Assembly (NCBI GenBank): GCA_038217285.1
Contig: JBBQPO010000026.1
Coordinates: forward strand, 1-33,070
Reading direction: 5' to 3'
Source of the DNA: Chthonomonadales bacterium
GTDB lineage: Bacteria; Armatimonadota; Chthonomonadetes; Chthonomonadales; Chthonomonadaceae
Length of the DNA stretch: 33,070 nt
Shown: positions 1 through 8,251 of the stretch, piece after piece
Numbering within the stretch: the stretch's first letter is position 1
Layout: every line of letters starts with the position of its first letter
The notes under the pieces: generated by a model
The model's database searches: none
Told to the model about the DNA's origin: nothing
Seen by the model: only the letters and a program-made list of their open reading frames with translations
Program-made: the position numbers and the translations under genes

Positions 1-48
1 CCGTCCGTACAGCCATAATATATCACCCGCGTAGCTTCGCTCCAGACC

Positions 49-140
49 GTTCAGATTGAAACGGAATCAGTGTTCATTTTGAACGCGATTCAGTGTTCAT
101 TTTGAAACGGAATCAGTGTTCAAATTCGCCGGAATGTACA
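49..140. mobile_element. Terminal end of an IS21-family insertion sequence (probably right end), four tandem 23-bp transposase-binding-like repeats
   Basis: Units GTTCAGATTGAAACGGAATCAGT (49-71), GTTCATTTTGAACGCGATTCAGT (72-94), GTTCATTTTGAAACGGAATCAGT (95-117), GTTCAAATTCGCCGGAATGTACA (118-140). Reverse complement begins TGTACATTCCGGCGAATTTGAACAC: a TG terminus with multiple internal repeats, as in IS21-family ends. The transposase lies outside the window. Confidence 0.8.
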
Positions 141-147
141 CACGAAC

Positions 148-1062
148 ATGTCAGAACATGGTTTCTCAAGACTGAGTTGGCATAGCCACATCGAGGCAGA
201 GGCACTTCATCCGTGGCGCTTGTCTCGGACGCATCTCACAGAGAACTTGCAGCCGATTCTCGCCGCTAACGCCTTGCTTGCTCCAGAGGGTCCATTGCGC
301 CGTGAGACATTATGGTGCATGGCATTGCAGGCAATCAGCGCTGGCAACGTAAGAACAGACCCAATTCCCTTGAGCCAACTGGAAGATATCTTGGGAAAGT
401 TGCCGAGCGGGGTTCCCATCCAATTCGGAAGTACAAACCATACATACACACCGACGCTAATTGACGCTCTGCGGCTTGAGATCCAGAAACTACGGCAAGA
501 TGGAGAATCCTCAATGCCGTTTCCCCACCTTGCCCCCGACGTTACACCGCCCTTTGTCGAGTTCAGATACAGCAGTTGGGAGTCGTATTCAGACGAACAA
601 ATGATCGAGTTAATTCGCCAAGTGTATGCAGACGCCCTCGAAGGCTATGCGCAACTTGTAGACACTTACTTTCCGAAGTTTGCAATCGCGTTGCCTACCT
701 ATACACTTCTGCCGGTCAAACTCACAGGGTTTTTCTGCGCTCCGAAGCGAGATCAACCCCGATGGAGTGATAGTGGCCCATGGCTGGGACGTTTCATGGA
801 CGTGTTGGCACCAGGCAGCAAAAATGGTGTTGAAATCATCAATGGTGATTTTCAAATGCTCGAAGATGCCCAAGATAAATCTTATAACCGCCGTCAATTG
901 TTACGTCCGACTCGCATTGAGAATCAGAGGATGAGTATGATTATGGGAGGGCCGCCAGTGTTCGGACCCGACCCAGCAACACGACTGGCATACTCGTGGC
1001 TAAGGAGCGATTTAAACGATGTTGGATGGTTGTCCAGATCACACGATTCAGGTTTTGCCTAA
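148..1062 (+). pseudogene. Hypothetical protein, probably the C-terminal remnant of a larger gene interrupted by the IS
   Basis: 304-aa ORF. The frame is open back into the IS end, the ATG lies just downstream of the IS terminus at 140 and has no RBS, and codon usage is lower-GC. Confidence 0.5.
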
Positions 1063-1408
1063 ACGTCGGTTAGGTATTCGATTCAACGCCCAAGCAAAAT
1101 AAATGCCTATGGAGTGTGAACGAGCGAGCCGTCCGATAGAGTAGAATGATTCTGGTTAGCTCCCTCTCTTGGTTTCGGTAACCGAAAGAATACCTCATGA
1201 CCGCCCGCTTTCTCTTAGCGATCTGATCTAATTCTCCAGAAAGACGTGTACACTACCTGCAAATTTGCCGAAGTAGTCCGGTGATCACAGAACATTGAAT
1301 ATTACATGGATCGACCAGCCCCCAGACACAGAAGTTAGGACGGATATCTGTAAAAACTAAACCCATCTTATGGCTGGACGGGGTAGGATGCAGACCTGTT
1401 GAAGACGC

Positions 1409-1615
1409 TTATTTGGCGGGGATGAGACGATTTGCCGAGACGGGTTTTTGCGGTAATTGACCGTTGGTGAACATACCGGTCATATCGGTTTCCTCTACGC
1501 CCGGTGTTCGGTAGGCAAGAAATGCCAGTGCTTCTTCCGGCGTCATCTGCCGTATCGTCTCAACTATGGCAGCGATCACTTTCGGATCGCCTGGATTTCC
1601 TCTTTTGAGTTTCAT
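1409..1615 (-). CDS. Small hypothetical protein (68 aa), possible antitoxin partner of the upstream ART-like gene
   Basis: GGAGGT RBS before ATG at 1615; co-oriented 47 nt downstream of 1663..2262. Confidence 0.6.
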   Translation of the reverse strand: MKLKRGNPGDPKVIAAIVETIRQMTPEEALAFLAYRTPGVEETDMTGMFTNGQLPQKPVSANRLIPAK

Positions 1616-1662
1616 AGATACCTCCGATCTCTCCTTTTTTGAGAAAAGAAAAACGTCCGCTT

Positions 1663-2262
1663 TCAGGGAAATTGTACCAGAGATGCCCGCAAGATGCAAG
1701 CAGTATCGCGCACGGCAATCTGAGTATGCGCCTTCTGCAGGATCTTGGATCCGGGATAGATTGGAGCGCCTTCGGCAAAGCTGCCCCGTACCGTTTGCAG
1801 TGGGGTGGCGACGTCCTGAGCGAAGACGCGGCAGTAAGCATCGATAATCTCACGATCCAGGAAGTGCGCTCCCCGCTCGGTGTTTCGTGGCATCCGCTCG
1901 GCTCCAGCCATCTCCGCAAACGATTTGTACGTCTCACTCAAATCAGGAATATGCTTGATGTCCAAGAGGTTCAGGCAACGTCCCAGTTTGATGGTCGCCC
2001 GTATGACGGTAGGGTTTCCGCCTTCCTGATTGCACTTCTGTTCTGCCCAATCGAAGGCGCGGTAGGGTGCGTATTCCCAGAAGTAGAAGCCTTCGCCAAG
2101 CCAGTCATAGGCGCGTGTGGAGGGGAGAAACCGCTGTTCCGCAAAGATATGGTCAGCAGTTTCCTGTGAGCAGCCATGATAGCCGATGATGGTGCGTGGC
2201 GCGGTTTGAAGTGCAAGTATCGAGCCAGTAAATTCTGTCAAACCAACTTGTCCTCCAGACAT
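1663..2262 (-). CDS. ADP-ribosyltransferase-fold-like protein (DUF3990-like), putative toxin; start uncertain
   Basis: Motifs GYHG, DWLGEGFYFWE, RAFDWA and a C-terminal HTQIAVRD. Alternative TTG start at 2241 after GGAGGA. Confidence 0.6.
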   Translation of the reverse strand: MSGGQVGLTEFTGSILALQTAPRTIIGYHGCSQETADHIFAEQRFLPSTRAYDWLGEGFYFWEYAPYRAFDWAEQKCNQEGGNPTVIRATIKLGRCLNLLDIKHIPDLSETYKSFAEMAGAERMPRNTERGAHFLDREIIDAYCRVFAQDVATPLQTVRGSFAEGAPIYPGSKILQKAHTQIAVRDTACILRASLVQFP

Positions 2263-2625
2263 AGACAGGTAGGCAGGTTCAAAGCATAGAACCTGCCCGC
2301 TCGGAAGCATGTTCGCGCCAAAGTACGCCTTCTCCTGCTTTTGTGCCAGGTCTCAGCGACGGAAGCTCCAGGCATGTCGGCCAACGATATTCGGGCAGGC
2401 GCTGAATCGAGGGGCAGTAGCACTGTTTTCCCGTTCGGCCGAAAGAACTTCGATCACCCTCACGAGAATGGTTGCGGATCGCGAATGCCCTGGGCCTCCA
2501 CATGGACAAATATTGCGTCAACTGTTGCAATGATCGAAATCATCGAAACAGGAGAGTCGAGTGAACACCATTCGCCAACCAAAGGTTATTAATATAAACC
2601 AAAATAGAAGATGTATAGGACAGGT

Positions 2626-2667
2626 TTGTCAAAACAGTTCGGGCTATGGTATCTTCATTGTAGAAAC
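2626..2667 (+). promoter_or_regulatory. mazEF promoter with overlapping palindromic operator
   Basis: TTGTCA (2626-2631), 18-nt spacer, TGG-TATCTT (-10 at 2650-2655); imperfect palindrome GTATCTTCATTGTAGAAAC (2649-2667); AAGGAG RBS at 2676-2681. Confidence 0.6.
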
Positions 2668-2687
2668 ATTCAATCAAGGAGTAAGCT

Positions 2688-2927
2688 ATGCTGGCACACG
2701 TTCACAAGTGGGGCAATAGCCTGGCGATACGTATTCCCAAGTCTTTCGCGACGGAAGCGCACTTAGAGCAAAATACTCCTATCAAGGTGTCCCTGCGCGA
2801 CGGTGAACTGATTATCGCGCCGATCAAGCCTGGTTATACGTTGGAGGCTTTGCTGGCGCAAGTCACCGAACAGAATATGCATCAGGAGCAGGAAATCGGA
2901 TCAGCAGTCGGACGCGAGGAGTGGTAA
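2688..2927 (+). CDS. mazE: AbrB/MazE family antitoxin
   Basis: KWGNSLAIRIP N-terminal motif, YTLEALLAQVT, C-terminal VGREEW; 3 nt upstream of mazF. Confidence 0.93.
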   Translation: MLAHVHKWGNSLAIRIPKSFATEAHLEQNTPIKVSLRDGELIIAPIKPGYTLEALLAQVTEQNMHQEQEIGSAVGREEW

Positions 2928-2930
2928 GAG

Positions 2931-3263
2931 ATGGCCTACACTCCCAAACGGGGCGATGTCGTCTGGATACAGATGACGCCACAGGCCGGTCATGAACAGG
3001 CAGGTCGCCGTCCCTCGCTGGTTCTCTCTCCGCAAACCTATAACGCTACGGTCGGTTTGGCTCTCTTCTGCCCGATCACGAACCAAATAAAGGGCTATCC
3101 TTTTGAAGTCCAGATACCTTCTGGTTCGGGTGTCTCTGGGGTGATCCTGGCGGATTAGGTGCGCAGTCTGGACTGGCGGGCGCGGCAGGCGGAGTTTATC
3201 TGTCAAGCTTCGGAAACCGTTCTATTGGAAGTAATGCAGAAGATCGACACCTTGTTACGCTGA
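2931..3263 (+). pseudogene. mazF: MazF/PemK endoribonuclease toxin interrupted by an in-frame TAG at 3156-3158
   Basis: RGDVVW, GHEQAGRRP, PITNQIKGYPFEV, then ILAD*VRSLDWRAR continuing in frame to TGA at 3261-3263 (110 codons). The family consensus has Gln at the stop position (ADQVKSLDWRAR). Confidence 0.92.
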
Positions 3264-3331
3264 AGACCCTGATCCTGGCCCGGACCCGTGTGCTGAACGC
3301 TGAAACGGCGAGAAAAGAACCAGGCAGGCTC

Positions 3332-4519
3332 TCACCGCAGTGAAAGAGCCTGAGCCAGGTCGTGGATCCTGGGGTCGATCTCCCCCGGCACAACGATCCG
3401 GGACGCGGAGCCGTAGTTCATAAACTTTCTCAGCGAACGCTCCAGTTCGGTGAAGAACCTCGGGCCTGGGTCTCCAGGCTCGAAGTGCCACCGCCGCAGT
3501 TCGAGTACACCCTCCCGACACCAGAACTCGGCGCGGGCCACCAGGGCATCGCCGAACAAGACAGGCAGAACATAGTATCCCCACCGCCGCTTGGCCTCCG
3601 GCACATAGACTTCCCACACGTAGTCGAAGCCAAAGAGGTGCGCGATCATTTTGCGGTCCCACATAAACTGATCGAGAGGCGCAAGGAACACCACTCCAGG
3701 CTCCAACGGCGGTTGATCGAGGAGGGAAAGAAAATCGGGCGTCGCGTGCGCTTTGACGCCTTCCACCTCCACCGGTACGATCTCGCCTCTTTGAACCAAC
3801 TCCGCCAGCGCCTCCCTTTTATCGTAGGCCAACACCTGCATCGACCACACTTCGGGCGGAGCGTTCGGCCTGACGAGGCCCATCGCGCGATGGCGCTCCA
3901 GAACGAGTTCGCGAACGGCGTCCTTTGCTTCCAAAAGTGGCTGGTTGAGCAGGCGGCTCGGAACCACGCGCTCGGTCAGATCATAAATATGCTGCCCGTT
4001 CTTGCGTCCGGCGGTCATGATCAAGCCGGAGTGCCATAGGGCGCGCAGCACCTGTTTGGTGACGCTTGGGCCGAACCAGGACTGCTTCCACTCCTCCCTC
4101 CGCTGTTGAAACTCGCACTCCTTCGGCATGAGGGGACCGCGATCGGCGATCTCTTGCAGGATCAGTTTTACGGCCTCTTTGTGATCCTCGAAGATCTTCT
4201 GCTCAAACCAGCGACGGTGGACCGTATAGATATGCCGCCGCAAGGGCCATCCTTCGAACGGCACCAACGAGGCCATCTTGTCCCAGCCGTCGTAGACCTG
4301 GCGATCCTCATAGGCGATCTTGCGCCAGTCCCCCACTTTATAGCCGGGTACCCGCGCCTGAAGCACCAGGTCGTGATTGCACCCAACGGGCGCGAGCGGA
4401 TCGAACTGCACACTGCGCAGTCGCTCGAACGCCGCTGCCTGTCCTGCGCAAGGCGCAAAATGATGCCGCACCAACGCTCGGCGGACATCGGGTTTGGTCA
4501 ATTTTAGCGTACCGGTCAT
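3332..4519 (-). CDS. ycaQ: YcaQ/AlkZ-family (HTH_42) winged-helix DNA crosslink glycosylase
   Basis: QFDP (QxD) motif, HDLVLQARV, YDLTERV, LAPLDQFMWDR, FGFDYVWEVYVPEAKRRWGYYVLPVL. Confidence 0.88.
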   Translation of the reverse strand: MTGTLKLTKPDVRRALVRHHFAPCAGQAAAFERLRSVQFDPLAPVGCNHDLVLQARVPGYKVGDWRKIAYEDRQVYDGWDKMASLVPFEGWPLRRHIYTVHRRWFEQKIFEDHKEAVKLILQEIADRGPLMPKECEFQQRREEWKQSWFGPSVTKQVLRALWHSGLIMTAGRKNGQHIYDLTERVVPSRLLNQPLLEAKDAVRELVLERHRAMGLVRPNAPPEVWSMQVLAYDKREALAELVQRGEIVPVEVEGVKAHATPDFLSLLDQPPLEPGVVFLAPLDQFMWDRKMIAHLFGFDYVWEVYVPEAKRRWGYYVLPVLFGDALVARAEFWCREGVLELRRWHFEPGDPGPRFFTELERSLRKFMNYGSASRIVVPGEIDPRIHDLAQALSLR

Positions 4520-4721
4520 AGTCTGTAAAACCTTCTATGGCTCGATTGCATGCGAACTGTTTGTACCACCAGATTGGCGTCCAGGCGATAGAGCAAGCCA
4601 TCTCTAGTGGCCCCATGTTCCTCACCCGGATCGGCAACTCCTGCGGCTGGCATGGCGGCGACGGGTTAAAATCATTCGCGTGACAACACGCTACGGGTTT
4701 GTCCTACTTTTCTCGCCGACG

Positions 4722-4751
4722 TGTTACCCGCGAAGGCAATCGAATGCGTCC
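4722..4751 (+). promoter_or_regulatory. Possible ECF-type autoregulatory promoter
   Basis: TGTTACCC-N17-CGTCC upstream of the ECF sigma gene; loose motif match only. Confidence 0.25.
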
Positions 4752-4794
4752 TTATAATAAGGGGCGGCGAGGCCGTATAATTCAGGACGGAAAT

Positions 4795-5976
4795 ATGTCG
4801 GATACAGAACGGTTTGTCAGAGAAGCGCTTTCCGCACAGAGTTCGGACGCCGAGAAGCATCTCGCGTTCGGCGAGCTGGTGGCTCGGTTCCAGGACATGG
4901 CATTCGGTTATGCCTATTCCCTCGCCGGCGACATCACGATCGCCGAGGAGGCGGCGCAAGAGGCCTTCGTCAGCGCCTGGCAGCGCCTTCACCAGTTGCG
5001 GGAACCGGCCGCGTTCCCGGCATGGTTCAAGCGGATCGTCTTCACACAGTGCTGCAGTTTGATCCGGCGAAAGCCGATAGCGACCGTGTCTTTAGAGGAG
5101 TACGCGTCCACGGACCGTCAGAATGTGTTGCAGGCGAATGCGAATAACCTGTGGGAAGAGGCCGAGAGGCGCGCAGAGGTGCAAATGGCCGTCAGTCAGC
5201 TTCCGGAAGGCGAGCGCGTTGTCACCGTACTCTTCTACATCAATGAGTACTCCAGGGCCGAGATCGCCGGATTTCTGGGCGTCACCGAGGAAGCGGTCAA
5301 GAAGCGCCTTGCCTCCGCACGAAGGCGAATGAAGAAAGGAATGATTTCCATGGTTCAAGAAGATTTGCATGCGCGTCGCCCCTCTCAGGATCCGGTGTTC
5401 CAACAGAAGGTGATCGCGTTCTGCCTGCAGTTCGGGGAGTTGCTGCGCGGTGGCACTCCGATACTCAAGACGCTCGAAATGTGTGCTGCGGCGCACGCCG
5501 ACGATGCGCGGTTCCAGCAGGCGGTCGTCGAGATGCGTCAAACGGTGATGCGTGGTGAACCTCTCTCCGCGGTCCTGTCTCGTTATGAGGATCTTTTCCC
5601 GGCTCCGGTAGCTCGCGCAATCGACATCGGCGAGGAGAAAGGCACCCTCGACATCGTGCTGGATCGCCTTGCCCGAGGAGCGAGTTTTGCCGAAGTATCC
5701 ACGCTTGAGGCGCTGATAGTCGAGATGCAAGCGGTCGCCGATGCGCGACAGCATCTGCCCAACGTGATGGCGCACTTTCCCCATCTGTTTCGCGAAGAAG
5801 ATCTGATGGTGGTTCGAATGGGAGCGGATATTGGAGAGAAGAACGGATTTATCGATCTGGCCGTTCAGCGATTGGCCTGCGGTGAACGCTTTGATACCGA
5901 AGCAAAACAACAGGCCTTTCGAGAAAGATTGCTGGCTCTTCGAGAACGTATAAAATCCGTGGAGGCCGCAAACTGA
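4795..5976 (+). CDS. ECF sigma-70 factor with a C-terminal PilC/GspF (T2SSF)-like domain
   Basis: Region 2 (AEEAAQEAFVSAWQRLHQLREPAAFPAWFKRI), region 4 HTH (SRAEIAGFLGVTEEAVKKRLASARRRM), then FCLQFGELLRGGTPILKTL...GEPLSAVL...FP...IGEEKGTLDIVLDRLA. Confidence 0.88.
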   Translation: MSDTERFVREALSAQSSDAEKHLAFGELVARFQDMAFGYAYSLAGDITIAEEAAQEAFVSAWQRLHQLREPAAFPAWFKRIVFTQCCSLIRRKPIATVSLEEYASTDRQNVLQANANNLWEEAERRAEVQMAVSQLPEGERVVTVLFYINEYSRAEIAGFLGVTEEAVKKRLASARRRMKKGMISMVQEDLHARRPSQDPVFQQKVIAFCLQFGELLRGGTPILKTLEMCAAAHADDARFQQAVVEMRQTVMRGEPLSAVLSRYEDLFPAPVARAIDIGEEKGTLDIVLDRLARGASFAEVSTLEALIVEMQAVADARQHLPNVMAHFPHLFREEDLMVVRMGADIGEKNGFIDLAVQRLACGERFDTEAKQQAFRERLLALRERIKSVEAAN

Positions 5977-5980
5977 AACG

Positions 5981-6024
5981 GAGCGATGCTACATAGCTCC
6001 TCCACAGTCACCTTCGCATCGCTC
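5981..6024. terminator. Inverted repeat after the sigma gene, possible terminator or stabilising hairpin
   Basis: GAGCGATGC (5981-5989) and GCATCGCTC (6016-6024); long loop, no U-tract. Confidence 0.3.
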
Positions 6025-6075
6025 ATAAGAAATCCAAACGGCAATAATTTTGCACTAAATATATGGCGCAGGCGC

Positions 6076-6104
6076 TTGACGTAGACTGTCCGCTTGTGTA
6101 TAAT
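6076..6104 (+). promoter_or_regulatory. Sigma-70 promoter of the Dyp/P450 operon
   Basis: TTGACG-N17-TATAAT. Confidence 0.8.
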
Positions 6105-6271
6105 GGTCTTGTTTCTTCCGGTTCAGGCGGAGCCAACTGCCAACCTGCCTGCTAACCGCGCCAGAGAGAGATGATGTTGGAAATGCTTCGCCCTGGCCTG
6201 CAACCGTCGGTCGCTGCCCCCTCCTTTCATGCCCATCGTTTTCGGGAAGCGAACTCCTGGAAGAGGACGCC

Positions 6272-7564
6272 ATGAGTCAAAACGCATTATCGGTTATTAC
6301 CCCCATCAATCCTGCCGATCGGAAGGCCCTTGAGGATCTCCTGGACGTCATTGGAAACGATATCAAGGGGAAAGGCGACAACCACTATATCCAGTTCACC
6401 GATCTCACCACCATCCATTTCGCCTGTTGGGTCGTTCTGAGAAGCGCTCCCGACACCGAGGCTCCCGCGCGGAGCTACCCCGACACCCTGGTGCTGGAAA
6501 CCAACTTCGACGGCGATCTCGATTCCCATCTGGACGAGCTGATCGCACGGGGTGGGACAGCTCTCAACGCCATCTACAGCGCCTGCGTAGGGTGGCCTGC
6601 GGGAGGGACCGCCGACCCTGCGGCGGCGAAACAGTATCTCAAAAGCCACGCCGTGCCCACGCCCGCTTTCTACATCGGCTGTCCCGGCCATACGCTCGGC
6701 AATATCCGCAATGCGATTGCGGTCCGCGAAGAGCTGGAGGCCTTTCTCGATTCCGAGCAGGAGAAGCAGCCGTTGACCGGCCTGTCGCCCGGACAGGTCC
6801 GACAGAAACTGCTGACCTACCTGCAGCAGCAGGCACAGGCCAAACCGGAGATCTCGTCGGAGACACTGGAGGCCCAGACCAAACGTTCCGGGCGCAACGT
6901 TATACTGGCCCTCCTGATCGCCGTGCCTATCCTGATCCTGACCCTGCCCCTGCTGGTGATCTGGTATATCGTCCTGCGGTGGCACGAAGTCAAAGATGCA
7001 GGCAAGCCGCTTCCGCCGCCGCGTCCGATCGACCCGCGTCTGTTCGGCAAAGAGGACTACTGCGTTCAGAACCACCTGACGACCCTCGTCGAGGTCAAGC
7101 CGGGCGCGTTTCGCCTCTACACGCTCAAAGGGATCCTCGCGGTTATCAATCTGCTGGCGAAAACCATCTTCATCACCGGCCAACTGGGCGGCATTCCGAC
7201 GATCCACTTCGCCCGCTGGCTCCTGATGGACAACGACCGGCGTCTGCTCTTCTTCAGCAACTACGATGGAAGCTGGGCCAGCTACCTCGGCGATTTCGTG
7301 GACAAAGCGAACTATGGCCTGACCGCCGTCTGGAGCAATACGGACCGTTTTCCTCCGGCCAACAACCTGGCCCGGGGTGGGGCGCAGCATATCGAAGCCT
7401 TCAAACAGTGGAGTCGAGAGCACAATATCTATGCGGCGGTCTGGTACAGCGCCTATCCCGATGAGACGCTGCGCAACCTCAAAAACGATATTCGGATTCG
7501 CGATCAGATTGCCGCCCTCAACCTTTCGGAAGCGGACGTCACGGCGCTCCTCCAGCTTCTGTAG
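6272..7564 (+). CDS. Uncharacterised membrane-anchored protein with two homologous domains, first gene of the Dyp operon
   Basis: GAGGA RBS; the motif set QNxL...IHFAxW...LxxxxN[FY]DG occurs twice around a central hydrophobic helix; high-GC codon usage. Confidence 0.85.
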   Translation: MSQNALSVITPINPADRKALEDLLDVIGNDIKGKGDNHYIQFTDLTTIHFACWVVLRSAPDTEAPARSYPDTLVLETNFDGDLDSHLDELIARGGTALNAIYSACVGWPAGGTADPAAAKQYLKSHAVPTPAFYIGCPGHTLGNIRNAIAVREELEAFLDSEQEKQPLTGLSPGQVRQKLLTYLQQQAQAKPEISSETLEAQTKRSGRNVILALLIAVPILILTLPLLVIWYIVLRWHEVKDAGKPLPPPRPIDPRLFGKEDYCVQNHLTTLVEVKPGAFRLYTLKGILAVINLLAKTIFITGQLGGIPTIHFARWLLMDNDRRLLFFSNYDGSWASYLGDFVDKANYGLTAVWSNTDRFPPANNLARGGAQHIEAFKQWSREHNIYAAVWYSAYPDETLRNLKNDIRIRDQIAALNLSEADVTALLQLL

Positions 7565-7660
7565 ACCGTCCGCGACACTGTCACCCAGAGGGAGACGCCA
7601 TCCTCCGGAGACGCTGTTTCACAAGTTTGCCGCTCTCTGTTGCTTCGACGGTGAGGTGCG

Positions 7661-8146
7661 GTGAAAGGAGATCCTGTGGCAATCTATCCGCTGGCTTTCA
7701 AAATCTTCAGTCTGCTGGTCGTTCCCTTCTGGCTGGCGATGATCTTTCTGCCGCGCTGGGACGTGACCCGCAAGGTCATGGGATCGCTCTGGACCGTCTT
7801 CTTCTTCGCGCTGCCCTATACGCTGCTGCAGATACCGTTCTATCTGTCGTCGCTGCCTCTGTTAGCGCGCCCGGAGATCGATAAGATTCAGCAGTTGCTC
7901 GGGTCGCAGCCTATGACGACCCAGGCGTGGCTGCACTTTATCGCGGTCGATCTCTTCGCAGGCCGCTGGATCTATCTGGACAGTCGGGCACGCGATGTCT
8001 CCCCCTGGATCGTGGGGCCTCTGTTGTTTATGACGACGATATTCGGCCCGACTGGCCTGGCGTTGTACCTGCTGTTCCGCCTGCTGCAACGCCCTGTGGA
8101 GACCTCCGCGTCCGCCGATCCGACCGGCGGAGGATCAACCGGTTGA
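7661..8146 (+). CDS. ABA4-like / DUF4281 family membrane protein
   Basis: Several hydrophobic segments; PFWLAMIFLPRW, AWLHFIAVDLFAGRWIYLD, FGPTGLALYL; GTG start after GAGGTG. Confidence 0.85.
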   Translation: MKGDPVAIYPLAFKIFSLLVVPFWLAMIFLPRWDVTRKVMGSLWTVFFFALPYTLLQIPFYLSSLPLLARPEIDKIQQLLGSQPMTTQAWLHFIAVDLFAGRWIYLDSRARDVSPWIVGPLLFMTTIFGPTGLALYLLFRLLQRPVETSASADPTGGGSTG

Positions 8147-8163
8147 TTTTTTATCGCCTCCTT

Positions 8164-8204
8164 GCGGCGCAGCCGCCGGGGTGAATCGCAGCGGCGCAGC
8201 CGCC
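8164..8204. repeat. Two copies of the palindromic 14-mer GCGGCGCAGCCGCC (REP-like)
   Basis: Copies at 8164-8177 and 8191-8204; each folds as GCGGC-GCA-GCCGC. Confidence 0.6.
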
Positions 8205-8251
8205 AGAGAGAATTGCAAGGAGAGGCGGAGACGTCTGGAAGGAGGAGAAAG

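Noticed and set aside
49-140. 23-bp repeats as a CRISPR array or iterons
   Set aside because: The repeats are contiguous with no unique spacers, no cas or rep gene is nearby, and the TG...CA terminus fits an IS21 end.
1173-1187. Perfect palindrome TTTCGGT-A-ACCGAAA as an operator or IS remnant
   Set aside because: Single occurrence with no associated gene or partner end identifiable; it cannot be assigned.
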